NCBI GenBank assembly: GCA_043228905.1
Contig: JBHGNT010000005.1
Coordinates: 13,330,001 to 13,394,000, forward strand
Length of the DNA stretch: 64,000 nt
Direction: 5' to 3'
From: Azolla caroliniana
Lineage: Eukaryota > Plantae > Polypodiophyta
Position numbers and translations under genes: made by a program. Below, one piece after another: positions 51,909 to 63,037 of this stretch. How positions within the stretch are numbered: the first letter of the stretch is position 1; every line of letters begins with the position of its first letter. Below the pieces are notes generated by a model that was given only the letters and a program-made list of their open reading frames with translations, was not told the DNA's origin and made no database searches.

Positions 51909-54900
51909 AAATGTGTTGTAGCTTTTAGGGTTAGGGTTAAGGATGATGAATGATAAAGATAGACATGGTGGTCATGATGAGGATGATGAAGAGCATGATG
52001 ATGAGAGATCGTATAGAGAAGCATAGAGAAGCATTGCGGGGTGGGGGGTGGTGCCTAGAATGGCTCCACCCCCCTCCCAAGGGGATTCAACGTTGAGGGG
52101 GAGAGAGAGAGAGAGAAAGTGGGATGACAAGAGAGAGATTAGGAGAGAAAATGGTTCCTTCTTCATTCATTCCCCATAAGGGGTTAAATAGTACAAGAGG
52201 GGGTAGTTACAAAGGGGTGTAAGCTCCATAGAGCATTCATACTGGACACTCACTCACACCTCATCGTATCCCTCCACATGCACACACGTGTGCATGTGTT
52301 CACATACATATCAACTCACAATTACATTTATGTTCCCTACACATATACAACATCATCATGATAATATTCGACCCTCGCTCATCACACTTGACTCTCCGTA
52401 CAACTCGTACGGGGTAACAAGACTAACAAAATTCAGGTATTATTTATTGGGAAGAAAGTTCTCCTTTCATGTAGATCATTCGGCACTCCTCTACCTAGTA
52501 TCCAAAGCGTCACTTACCGGTAAGTTGGCCCGGTGGACTTTGTTGTTGCAAGAGTTTGAATTCGAGATATTCCACCGACCCGACATACAGCATGCGGTAG
52601 CAGATTATCTAAGCCTGTTAGATTCCAGGGAGACAGGTGACGAAGTACCGGACGAGTTTCCGGATGCAGAGCTTTTTCGAGTCACCACGGAAACGGCAAT
52701 AGATGGAACGGTGGCACAAGAAGATAAGTGGCTAACTAATATGCACCAGTTTTTGAGTACCGGATTGCCTCCAGAGGAGATGAACTGGGACGAGAGAAAA
52801 TGCCTGGTAGTACAAAGCCGGCACTTTTGTTTACTATAGGACACGCTATACCACAAAGGTGCGGACGGTATTTGGCGACGAGCGGTGCGCAGCGACGAGA
52901 AGGAGGTAATACTACGGGAGGCACACTGCGGAGTCGCCGGAGGCCATTATGCAGGAGATGCGATGGCAAGGAAAATATGGCAAAGTGGCCTATGGTGGCC
53001 AACCACATTGAAAGATGTAGTCCGGTATGCGAAGGAGTGTGATCTATGCCAATGAATGGGTCAGCCAACGGAACAAGCTCAGATGCCACACCAGCCAATC
53101 CTACCACTAGAACCATTCCAAAAATGGGGGCTGGATTTCGTCGGGCCATTTAAACCACCGGCAACCGGTACGTGATCGTCGCGACGGATTACTGTACTAA
53201 GTGGGTGGAAGCGAAAGCCCTACGAGACAACACCGTGGCATCAATAGCAAAATTCTTATACAAATACATTTGGTGCCGGTACGGTTGCCCCATAGAACTG
53301 ATAAGCGACCAAGGAGGGCACTTTTTTGGACAGGTGGTAGAAAGTTTGACGACGTTCTATGCGGTAGTACATAAAAGAAGCACACCGTACTATCCGCAAG
53401 CAAATGGGTTAGCTGAGTCGACGAACAAAACGCTCCAAAATATCCTCCGGAAGATCGTCAATGAAAATCGGACAGATTGGGACACAAAGCTGCACAGTGC
53501 GCTCTGGGCTTACCGGACAACGTACAAAACAAGCATCCGGACAACACCATTCCGGTTAGCATTCGGATTGGAGGCAGTCATGCCGGTCGAGTTTCAGGTA
53601 CCAAGCTTACGGATTCAGATTCGGGAACGATTGAACGAAAAGGAATCAGAGGCAATTCGGTTAAAGGCCCTGTGCGAACTGGAAGAACACCGACTGGCGA
53701 GCATTATGCACCTGGAATTGGAACAACGGAGACGGAAAGCATTTGTAGATCGGCACCGGAAGGGAAACGAAAAGATGTTCGGAACCGGCAAGCCGGTACT
53801 CGTGTTCCAGACCCGGATGGGTAAAATGCCAGGTAAACTACGGTTTAGATGGACCGGACTGTACTGGATCACATGCGAGTTCAATGGGTCCTACCAGTTG
53901 GGGACACTTGCCCGGAGAAGTGTTGGGCAAATGGGTCAACGGATTTAGATTAAAGCTATACAAAGGACCTATGCCTAAGAACCCATTTGAACGAAGGGTC
54001 GCCACCGAATCAGATGCCGACAGGCCAACCATAACGGCAACCGATGAAGACAACGGCTACCACCAAGCCAGTAAGGAGGAGCATGAGCCGGCAAACCGAC
54101 AAGAGGCCGGCGAGTTGCATGCTTCGGGCAAAGGTCCGACAGGACCGGAGAACAACTAACCACACAAGTTCAAAAAAAAAAAAAAAAAAAGAGAATAAAT
54201 GAGCGAATCAAATAAATCATGGAAAGGAGTGGTGGAAACGGCCATGCACACGAGGAGTAAAGAGGCACGTCGAAAAGGTACGAGGAGCTATGAATAGGAC
54301 ATTAAACCACCGCCACATGGCACGCAATGCTATTATAGTACACGACCTGCACATGCGGAGGCTCGAAAAAGGCGCCAAGATGCAGAGAGAAAAACCCCCA
54401 CGCATTGAGACCTTCTCCTATCGCGAACCAAGGAGAACAGACGCAGAGTGACGCGTGAAGATACATCGTAGAGAGCTCTCGCACACAGAGAACCCCCTCC
54501 CTCAGAACTTTCTCTCTCACATTCTCCCCACCATCAAACCTCGCCAACGCTCTCCGACCTCGACGCAAAGATGGACTACCAAACGTTGTCTGAAGCCGCC
54601 AAGAAATGGTTACGGCAGCACAGTCTGGAGGGTTTCTTAACAATCATGGAGGCGGCGCCACACAAGGAGGCCGAAAAGATTATAAAAGAAATCGACACAG
54701 AGGTGATCACGGAGGAGGCGATCTGTGCGTTAATAGGCCTTCCGGAGGGAGGTATCTACACGATCGACAATCCTACCTCCGAGCAACTCATCAAATATTT
54801 CGGTGAGTACTCTCTAGCCAGCAAGGGCTACAGGACACAAGGCGGCGAAGATATGTTATTCCGCGAAATTGCCCGTGTGCTCCACGAGTTCGGCCACGTG

Positions 54901-55705
54901 TACCCTCAACCCCCCGTCATGCCTCAACCGAGCAGGCTTGATCATCACAACGTACAAAGGGGTCAAGGTAGATTGGCCGGTGTTGATCACCGACGGGCTG
55001 TGTACGGCCATTGATATAGTAAGGGGAAAGGACGGCAAGGAAGGCCGGAAAATATGGCATGCGGTGACACAATGGCTCACCCTATTGGTGCCACCGGTCG
55101 AGCCCGTCCAAACCAAGAAGCAGGGAAGAACAACGGACGGCACCCCGAAACCTGCTTCGAAACGGCAACAACTGTTGGCTTCCAAGGCCACTAAGGGGAA
55201 GACTGCCGAAGCAGAGAAGGCAGCGAAGGAGCGCGCCAGCCAGAAGCGATCGACGGACACGCACGAGGAGACACCGACACGGGCCTTGAAGAGTCCACTC
55301 CACCGACCGGCGCAACAGGAAACGGACACCTTGGCGGCAAGAATGAACGCCGGGACTCAGGCAGAAGAGATGGAGGAAGAACCCACGGAGCACCTCCAGC
55401 GGCGGCCGGTGAAGAGCACCGCAGAATCAGCCGGGAAACGTTCGGACCCACAGAAGGATGGAACACCCGCAACTCACGCTGAGCAACCCACGCCAAGGGA
55501 GGCACCGGAACCGGTCACAGAAGTCCCGACACAACAGGTAGCACCGGCAAGCCCCGTCACCCAAGAGCCGGAGATACAAAGGCCAACCGCCCTAGCCGGC
55601 CAAGAACAAGCAGACAAGGGGCGACCAGACGAAACACACTCAGAGCCGAAACGGCAAAACGGTCAGCTGGCAAAACTAGAAGCACAGCTTGACGCAAAAA
55701 GGCGG

Positions 55706-56510
55706 TGTCGTGAAGAAAACCGTCCATAGGCGGGATCGGCGCACCTAGGCGTGGGAACCGGTTCTTCACGCGCGCAAGCTCCAAGTTGTACGAAGAAGCG
55801 AGTTAGGAGGATAATCGGCAGGAACGGGCCCTAACACAAGTGGAGACAAAGACCGCGCGAACAGTCTTTTCGGTCGCGCGCGCGAGCTAAGGGACGGCAC
55901 GAGTCGGCGGCGTAACTACGCGGATGCGTGAAGAACGGAGCGGATCCCTGTTCGAAAGGGACAGGGAATAAAGCTGACAGGACGGCCTGCTCGTCGGGCT
56001 ATATAAGAGCAGGAAAGAGTTGTTGCAGATATCTCACGCGGAGAGGACGAAGTGCTGTCGGACCGTTTCTGGACGCTTCTCTCTCTCTGTTTCCTTCCTT
56101 CTGGAGCTCCATAGCTTCTGTGCAGGGTTCCGAGGAGGCTCGCGCTGTTTCGAGGAACGCCCGAGTGCTTCCGGCAGCACCTCCAACCTGCTACCCCCCC
56201 CCCTTGCCCCGTTTGTGCGTCGAAGCGAGCAGGCATCGGCATCTGTTCGCCGGCCTGTTCGGTTGTAACCAACCTGTGCCCCATCGAGGGTTGTAGTAGT
56301 GTTAGCCATTTTCTTAATATACATATTAAGTCATTTGCATCTGTCTGTGTCGGTCTCTGTTCGCGTTCTCCGTGCTGAAGGGCCGTGTCCCTGTGTATCC
56401 CCGGTCCTGCGAAGCCGGTTCTCTCTCTTTCTCCTCCCTCGCTTGCTCTTTGGTTCGAGACCCCCGCGGTCCCGCCTCGATTCCACACGCACTTGCGTAA
56501 TATCTCGACA
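55706..56510 (+). repeat. 5' LTR of element A
   Basis: TGTCGTGAAG..TCTCGACA, with CTATATAAG near 56000. Confidence 0.97.
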
Positions 56511-56514
56511 TCTT

Positions 56515-56532
56515 TGGTGAACCCGACGTGAA
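56515..56532 (+). promoter_or_regulatory. PBS, tRNA-Trp(CCA)
   Basis: TGGTGAACCCGACGTGAA, 4 nt after the LTR. Confidence 0.85.
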
Positions 56533-56554
56533 AGAGGCGGCAGAAGAGCAGAAG

Positions 56555-58681
56555 ATGAGGGGGTCGGATCTCGCAGAGGCCATGGCTTCGGCCGTGGATC
56601 GGATTGTAAACGCGCGCGAGAGCACCGGTGCCCTCGACAGAGCTATTGAGGCGGTCGTCGGCACGATCGGCCGGTTCGATGGGAAGGATGCCACGAAGTA
56701 TTTGGCGTCCTACGGTGCAGAGATGCTGATGCGGGACATTCCGAAAGAAAGGCGTCTTGCCGGATTTCCCCGAGTGGCGATGCCGAGCATCCATGCGGAG
56801 GTGCTCGAGGTGCGGACGGAGAGCCGTACCTGGGAGGAGTTCGAAGGTCGGCTCCTAGAGAAATACGGGCTGGACGACGCGCTCCGGCTTTCGAAGCGAA
56901 AGTTCATGGAATGGGTGGAGTCCCCGGGGAAGGGAAGAAACGCGTCGGCGCTCCTCCGGGAGTTCGAGGAAAACTTTGCGCGCCTTTCGGCGCTCGACCG
57001 AACCATCCTGGACACGAGCCGGGTCTTGCTGTTTGTCAAGTCGGCCGACGAGCGGGATCGGGAGCAAGTGGGCCTCTTGCTGGAAACCGAAGACGGGCTC
57101 ACTACCGACTGGGCGGCTGTCAGGAAGGTCTGTGGCCGTTTCGACAAACGGCGAGAATGGGCGGATAACGGGGCGACCGGGTCGGGCTCGGTCGCAGCAA
57201 GGAAGCTCGAACCAGCGCCACAGGCGCGCAAGGAAGAGACCCGGGAGTGGTTGGAAACCGGTTCGGCTTCGACCGGCGTAGTCAGAGGCTCAACCGGAGG
57301 AGCGGCGCTGGAGGAATTGACGAAGGCGATAAAGGACCTCCAAATCGCGCAGGCCCGAAGGGAAGGAGGCGAACCGGCTCGTGACCGACGGCCGGCGGCA
57401 GGAAACAGGTGCATGTGGTGCGATGAAGTCGGCCACATTCGGAAGGACTGCGGCGACTTCGCGGAGGCGCTGAGGAACAGGGTGGTGTACCTGTGGGAAG
57501 GACGGGTGCATGCCAGCGACACCCGAAGGGCCCTGAGCCGAAACGACGGAAAGGGTGGTATGAAAAGGTTGATGGAAGAGGCGGCGGCCCGACACGCGGA
57601 AACCGTCCACTACTCGGCGTCGGCCGGCATTCGAGTCGGGGGCGGCGAGGCCCGAAGGGAGAGCAAAGCCGGATTCTGGCCGACGATGCTGGAAGGCCTT
57701 GCCGGTGCAAGGCTTAAAGGGGAGGAATCGGACCGTGCGGAGAAACGGGTACGGGAGATGACCGGGTGGAGCGACCCGGTCGAGGAAAGGACGGGCTTCG
57801 TGGAAGCCGCTTGCCAGAACTACGAGGCTCTGGTAGAAGAGAAGCGGGTGGGGAGACCCGGGACGACCGGGCCCTCACAACGATACGAGACCCGGTCCGG
57901 GCCACGACGGGACGAAGCCGGCGGGGCCGGTACGCAAGATAAACCCCAGAAGGGCGGGTACCGTCTGGGGACGGAGATAGAAAGGACCACGGACTTACGA
58001 AAGGTCCTGGAGGAACGGATCCTCGACAGCAAGGTGGAGCTGTCGTTACGAGAGGTGCTGGGAATCGCCAAGAAGGAGTTCCACGACTCCATCGTGGACT
58101 TGGTGAAACGGAAGAGGCTGTCGACGGAGACAGAACTGGAAAGACCGGTGGAAGTGCGGACGACGCACCTAGACGACATGGCGCTGGGAGACGAGTGGGC
58201 GGAAAGCCACTATTCGAGACCACACTGGGCCCGAGCGACCACGGAAACCCCGGTGAAGATCGGCGATGTCCGGGAACCGGTGATAGCTTTGGTGGACCAC
58301 GGATCGGAGATCAATTTGATGTCCATGGACTTCTATAAGAAGGGCAAATGGCCGATCAACACCAAGCACGGGTGGAAGATAAGGGCAGCAACGCGCGCCA
58401 CCGAGGAACTGCACGGGGCCTGTCCGAATGTGCGAGTCAAGATCGGCGACGTCGAGATTGACCAGCACTTCTTCGTGCAGGAGACGTCTTCGCATCCGGT
58501 CATACTGGGAGAGCCGTACATCACGGCGGCGCGGATGGAGACCAAGGTGCTGGACAACGGTTCGGCCTACGCGAGGGTCAAAAGCCAAGACGGGCGCCAT
58601 TCGGTCCAGTTTCTGACGGTACGGCCGAACCACGAACGTAACCGCGATTCCCTCGGTTCCGAAAACCGAGAGGATTTTTAG
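56555..58681 (+). CDS. gag: Gag-protease polyprotein
   Basis: Open frame with knuckle CMWCDEVGHIRKDC and protease ALVDHGSEINLM..VILGEPY. First ATG is at 56555 (the ORF track starts at GTG 56528). Confidence 0.93.
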   Translation: MRGSDLAEAMASAVDRIVNARESTGALDRAIEAVVGTIGRFDGKDATKYLASYGAEMLMRDIPKERRLAGFPRVAMPSIHAEVLEVRTESRTWEEFEGRLLEKYGLDDALRLSKRKFMEWVESPGKGRNASALLREFEENFARLSALDRTILDTSRVLLFVKSADERDREQVGLLLETEDGLTTDWAAVRKVCGRFDKRREWADNGATGSGSVAARKLEPAPQARKEETREWLETGSASTGVVRGSTGGAALEELTKAIKDLQIAQARREGGEPARDRRPAAGNRCMWCDEVGHIRKDCGDFAEALRNRVVYLWEGRVHASDTRRALSRNDGKGGMKRLMEEAAARHAETVHYSASAGIRVGGGEARRESKAGFWPTMLEGLAGARLKGEESDRAEKRVREMTGWSDPVEERTGFVEAACQNYEALVEEKRVGRPGTTGPSQRYETRSGPRRDEAGGAGTQDKPQKGGYRLGTEIERTTDLRKVLEERILDSKVELSLREVLGIAKKEFHDSIVDLVKRKRLSTETELERPVEVRTTHLDDMALGDEWAESHYSRPHWARATTETPVKIGDVREPVIALVDHGSEINLMSMDFYKKGKWPINTKHGWKIRAATRATEELHGACPNVRVKIGDVEIDQHFFVQETSSHPVILGEPYITAARMETKVLDNGSAYARVKSQDGRHSVQFLTVRPNHERNRDSLGSENREDF

Positions 58682-58737
58682 AGAGGACTGCCAAGGCGTG
58701 GGGCCGCGACAGTCCGGATGCTCCGGAAAAACCCCAC
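58672..58737 (+). promoter_or_regulatory. Candidate -1 ribosomal frameshift signal (G_GAU_UUU plus pseudoknot)
   Basis: Heptamer 58672-58678, 6-nt spacer, stem GGACTG/CAGTCC, and loop GTGGGG able to pair with CCCCAC. Confidence 0.75.
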
Positions 58738-61700
58738 ATCTGTACGATAAAACCGTGTACAATAGGTAGGAAATTTTGCTTCTCCGACAGCGGAGCATGT
58801 ACGATGGTCGGCATCACCGGCCGAGAGAAAACAAAGACGGAGGGGAGACTTCGGGCGTGCGGAGTTCTCGGCCCTGACGAAGGAATCAACGGAGCCGTGG
58901 AGGCAGTCTCCTTCGACGACACCTTGGGAATGCTGGGGAAGGTAGTCGAAGAAGACCTTAACGAAGACCGGACGATACCGGTATGTTCCGAAGAAATGTA
59001 CGAAGTCATCGCGGACTTCAGTCGAGGGCTGGAGTCGGAACGGACGGCCCGAGTGAGCACCAAGTACAAGACGGTGGACCGGAAGGTGAGGCCAGTTGCG
59101 GCGCCCTTACCGGAGGGCAGTGAATCCCGGATTAAAGGGGTTGCATCGGACCCCGGCTTACGAGATCGGGCCTGCATAGGACACACCTTCACCAACGAGA
59201 CGCTCCGCGAGCTGAAGATCGGTGGGGGCGGGTTCCTACTGCCGGCGGAGGAAGACCGGTTCCGGAGAATGCTCGGAAGGCACGGGAAAGCCTTCGCATT
59301 CTCGCCGGAGGAAATCGGGTGCGCGGACCCGACGATCGTAGAGCCGATGGTGATATTCACGGTACCTCATGTACCGTGGAATCTCAAGCCAATTTCGGTT
59401 CCGAGAGCTCACATCCCGAAGTTGATGGAGCTGCTGAAGCAGAAAGTTGATATGGGCATTCTCGAGCCGTCGAGCGCCCCGTATTCAAACCGCTGGTTTA
59501 CCGTACCAAAGAAAAACGGATCATTGCGCTTCATTCAGGACCTGCAGCCGGTCAATAGAGTGACCATTCGGAACGCAGGGATCGGACCGACCATAGATGA
59601 GTTCGCGGAGGCCTTCGCCGGAAGGTCGATTTACTCGGTCGGTGATCTATACTCGGGGTACGACCAGTTCCAGCTAGCCGTGGAAAGCAGAGACATTACG
59701 ACGATGCGAACTCCCCTCGGCCTAGTGCGGATGTGTACGCTGCCGCAAGGAGGGACCAACTCGGTGGCCCACATGGTGAATGCGATGAACAAGGTGCTGA
59801 GGGACTGCATCCCGGACATCACCATGCCGTTTCTAGACGACATCCCGATCAAGGGATGCCCGGTAGAAGAGAAGGACGAGACGGTCGGGCCGGACGGATG
59901 CCGGCGATTCGTGATGGCGCACATCGACGACTGCGAGAAGGTGCTGCAAAGGCTAGAGGATGCGAGGCTCACCTTCTCGGGGGAGAAATCAGCCTTCGGG
60001 CAGTCGGAAATCATGGTGGTCGGACACTTATGTGGGCCATATGGCCGAAAACTGTCTCCGGCAAAGGTAGAAGCCATCTCCGCGATGAAGCCCGACTGCA
60101 GCTCGGTCACGGAAGTACGAAGATTCCTGGGGGCATGCGCATTCTACCACATATGGATCCCGCATTACGCCCACGTTGCGGAGCCGCTATACGGATTATT
60201 GAGGAAAGGGCGAAGATTCGAATGGCTAGACAAGCACACGGAGTCGGTCCGGAAGCTGAAGGAGGCTCTTTCGGCAGCACCGGCGCTCCGAAAGGCCGTC
60301 TACAGGAAGGGCACCCCAGTGTACATAACGGTTGACACGAGTCCGACCGGAATCGGGTGGGTCGTCAACCAAGAAGACGAGGACGGCAATCGGTTTCCGA
60401 TCCGATTCGGCGCGAAGGTCCTCAGCGAACGGCAGCGAGGATACGCCCAGGTTAAACGCGAACTCTGGGGTATCGTTTCGGCGGTGAAGGCCGACAAGGA
60501 CTATCTGATCGGGACGGAGGTAATCATAGAGACGGATTGCATGCCGATTCTCGGCATGGTTTCCGGATGCGCGACGCCGGACCTGGCAATGCTCAGGTGG
60601 ATAGCGTACATCAAGTCCCTAGACCCGGTAATACGACACATTTCCGGGAAAGACAACGCCATGGCCGACATGCTTTCAAGGGCGAGATTCGATGACGAGG
60701 GCGGCATGGTTTCGGAGGACGAAGAGGTCGGCGTGGACTTCTTCGAGACTGCGTATGTAACAACCGACGGGACAAGCACTCCGGCGCTTAACGACTTCGA
60801 CGCGAGCAAGTACGACGGGGAGTGGCTGCAGATCGGTGGGTTTTTGAAGACACTGACGCCCGATGCGTCATGGACGAAGGACGAGGCCAACCGGATCCGG
60901 AAGAAAGCGTACCGGTTCTTTCTCCGGGATGGCTATCTATGGAAGCACCCGAAGAAGAGGGGCGGCGCTCCGCTCCGGGTGGTGGCGATGAAGGATGAAC
61001 AGGAGGAGCTGCTGACGGCCTACCACGACAGCCCTTGGGCTGGACACCGTGGAACATGGGCTACGTTTGAGAAACTGAAGGGGAAGTATTGGTGGCCGGG
61101 GCAGTACCGGGACGTGCATCGGTTCGTGACAACTTGCGAGAGCTGTCAGATGCACTCCATAGTCCGACATCGGGACGAGCTTCACCCCACGTACCCTCCG
61201 ACCATCCACTTCAAATGGATGGTAGATCTGGTGACGATGCCAATGGGGGTAGGACAGATGCGGTACCTGGTCCTAGCGCGGGAGGATCTGACGAACCAGG
61301 TGGAAGGCCGGGCCCTTCCGAACAAAACGACCGCGGCCGTATGCCGGTTCCTAATCGAGGACGTGATATGCCGGTACGGGTGCGTCGGGAAGATCGTGGC
61401 TGACCGAGGGGAGCTGGACGCCGAAGAAGCCGCGGAGCTGTTTGACCGGCTGGGAGTCAAGCTCTCGCTCACCACTGCGTACAATCCGGAGGCGAATGGA
61501 AAGGTGGAGCGCGGACACGGACCGATCGTCAAGGCGTTGGTTCGGGCATGCGGAGGCCGAGTCGGTAACTGGCCGCGGCTGCTACCTTATGCTTTGTGGG
61601 CAGACCGGACCACGCACAGTTCGGTAACCGGGTACATGCCGACGGAGCTCATGTTCGGCCAGAAGCCGATCATGCCGATGGAACGGACGATCTCCTCGTG

Positions 61701-62160
61701 GGCAACGGTCGACTGGAGGGACGAGATGAGCCGGGAGGAGTTGTTGGCCGCGCGCATACGACAGCTCGAGCGGAGACCGGAGGACGTGGAACTGGCTGCG
61801 GAGAAGCTCCGAGTGGCGAGGAAAAAGAACAAAGCCAGGTTCGACCGAACGCACCGGCTCCGACCGAAGAAAATCGAAGAAGGTGACTGGGTGCTCGTCT
61901 ACGATAGCAGCCTCGACAACCAGCACCGAGCTACACGGAAGTTCGCACGAAGGTGGTTCGGGCCTTACGTGGTACAGAGCGCCAATGACAACGGGACATA
62001 TCACCTGGCGGAACTCGACGGCACGAGAATGGCGATACCGGTTGCAGGGAAGCGGATCAAAGCGTTCAAAAAGCGACACGACGACGAGCCAGACCCGGCT
62101 CTCCTGGTCGGCAGTGACGAACGATCCGAAAACGAGGAAGAACCGACGGGCGAGGAATGA
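58672..62160 (+). CDS. pol: RT-RNase H-integrase (-1 frame; first ATG 58804)
   Basis: DLYSGYDQF, LPQG, FLDD; RH VDTS..RELWG..ETDC..ADMLSR; INT HHCC, D-D-E, GPY. No stops. Confidence 0.95.
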   Translation, partial: GFLERTAKAWGRDSPDAPEKPHICTIKPCTIGRKFCFSDSGACTMVGITGREKTKTEGRLRACGVLGPDEGINGAVEAVSFDDTLGMLGKVVEEDLNEDRTIPVCSEEMYEVIADFSRGLESERTARVSTKYKTVDRKVRPVAAPLPEGSESRIKGVASDPGLRDRACIGHTFTNETLRELKIGGGGFLLPAEEDRFRRMLGRHGKAFAFSPEEIGCADPTIVEPMVIFTVPHVPWNLKPISVPRAHIPKLMELLKQKVDMGILEPSSAPYSNRWFTVPKKNGSLRFIQDLQPVNRVTIRNAGIGPTIDEFAEAFAGRSIYSVGDLYSGYDQFQLAVESRDITTMRTPLGLVRMCTLPQGGTNSVAHMVNAMNKVLRDCIPDITMPFLDDIPIKGCPVEEKDETVGPDGCRRFVMAHIDDCEKVLQRLEDARLTFSGEKSAFGQSEIMVVGHLCGPYGRKLSPAKVEAISAMKPDCSSVTEVRRFLGACAFYHIWIPHYAHVAEPLYGLLRKGRRFEWLDKHTESVRKLKEALSAAPALRKAVYRKGTPVYITVDTSPTGIGWVVNQEDEDGNRFPIRFGAKVLSERQRGYAQVKRELWGIVSAVKADKDYLIGTEVIIETDCMPILGMVSGCATPDLAMLRWIAYIKSLDPVIRHISGKDNAMADMLSRARFDDEGGMVSEDEEVGVDFFETAYVTTDGTSTPALNDFDASKYDGEWLQIGGFLKTLTPDASWTKDEANRIRKKAYRFFLRDGYLWKHPKKRGGAPLRVVAMKDEQEELLTAYHDSPWAGHRGTWATFEKLKGKYWWPGQYRDVHRFVTTCESCQMHSIVRHRDELHPTYPPTIHFKWMVDLVTMPMGVGQMRYLVLAREDLTNQVEGRALPNKTTAAVCRFLIEDVICRYGCVGKIVADRGELDAEEAAELFDRLGVKLSLTTAYNPEANGKVERGHGPIVKALVRACGGRVGNWPRLLPYALWADRTTHSSVTGYMPTELMFGQKPIMPMERTISSWATVDWRDEMSREELLAARIRQLERRPEDVELAAEKLRVARKKNKARFDRTHRLRPKKIEEGDWVLVYDSSLDNQHRATRKFARRWFGPYVVQSANDNGTYHLAELDGTRMAIPVAGKRIKAFKKRHDDEPDPALLVGSDERSENEEEPTGEE

Positions 62161-62231
62161 AGACGGGCCGGTTTTCTCCGTCCCAACTCTCTTGGCGCAT
62201 ACCGGAGGATGCGCGGTTAGGTGGGGGCGGA

Positions 62232-63037
62232 TGTCGTGAAGAAAACCGTCCATAGGCGGGATCGGCGCACCTAGGCGTGGGAACCGGTTCTTCACGCGCG
62301 CAAGCTCCAAGTTGTACGAAGAAGCGAGTTAGGAGGATAATCGGCAGGAACGGGCCCTAACACAAGTGGAGACAAAGACCGCGCGAACAGTCTTTTCGGT
62401 CGCGCGCGCGAGCTAAGGGACGGCACGAGTCGGCGGCGTAACTACGCGGATGCGTGAAGAACGGAGCGGATCCCTGTTCGAAAGGGACAGGGAATAAAGC
62501 TGACAGGACGGCCTGCTCGTCGGGCTATATAAGAGCAGGAAAGAGCTGTTGCAGATATCTCGCGCGGAGAGGACGAAGTGCTGTCGGACCGTTTCTGGAC
62601 GCTTCTCTCTCTCTGTTTCCTTCCTTCTGGAGCTCCATAGCTTCTGTGCAGGGTTCCGAGGAGGCTCGCGCTGTTTCGAGGAACGCCCGAGTGCTTCCGG
62701 CAGCACCTCCAACCTGCTACCCCCCCCCCCTTGCCCCGTTTGTGCGTCGAAGCGAGCAGGCATCGGCATCTGTTCGCCGGCCTGTTCGGTTGTAACCAAC
62801 TTGTGCCCCATCGAGGGTTGTAGTAGTGTTAGCCATTTTCTTAATATACATATTAAGTCATTCGCATCTGTCTGTGTCGGTCTCTGTTCGCGTTCTCCGT
62901 GCTGAAGGGCCGTGTCCCTGTGTATCCCCGGTCCTGCGAAGCCGGTTCTCTCTCTTTCTCCTCCCTCGCTTGCTCTTTGGTTCGAGACCCCCGCGGTCCC
63001 GCCTCGATTCCACACGCACTTGCGTAATATCTCGACA
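62232..63037 (+). repeat. 3' LTR of element A
   Basis: Near-identical to 55706-56510. Confidence 0.97.

Larger units (their letters stand above)
49394..52419 (-). mobile_element. Young non-autonomous LTR element E (3026 bp), 5-bp TSD AGACT
   Basis: LTRs 49394-49897 and 51914-52419 differ by about 2 substitutions plus one GA unit. AGACT at 49389-49393 and 52420-52424. No pol. TATA and the CT-rich U5 point to the minus orientation. Confidence 0.93.
47625..54159 (+). pseudogene. pol: pol of element F (interrupted by E inside RNase H)
   Basis: Reads GMIYRL|TKFRYYLLGRKFSFHVDH across the insertion. Confidence 0.9.
55706..63037 (+). mobile_element. Intact, very young Ty3/gypsy element A (7332 bp), 4-bp TSD GCGG
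   Basis: LTRs 805/806 bp with about 4 transitions and 1 indel; PBS; PPT AGGTGGGGGCGGA; two uninterrupted ORFs. Confidence 0.97.

Noticed and set aside
54172-54190. Poly(A) tract as a retrocopy tail
   Set aside because: There is no TSD, and element C has an A-rich tract at the equivalent post-integrase position, so it is part of the spacer.
56710-62310. Numerous antisense and alternate-frame ORFs over element A (and 52-780)
   Set aside because: They are shadow ORFs of GC-rich gag/pol with no independent motifs.
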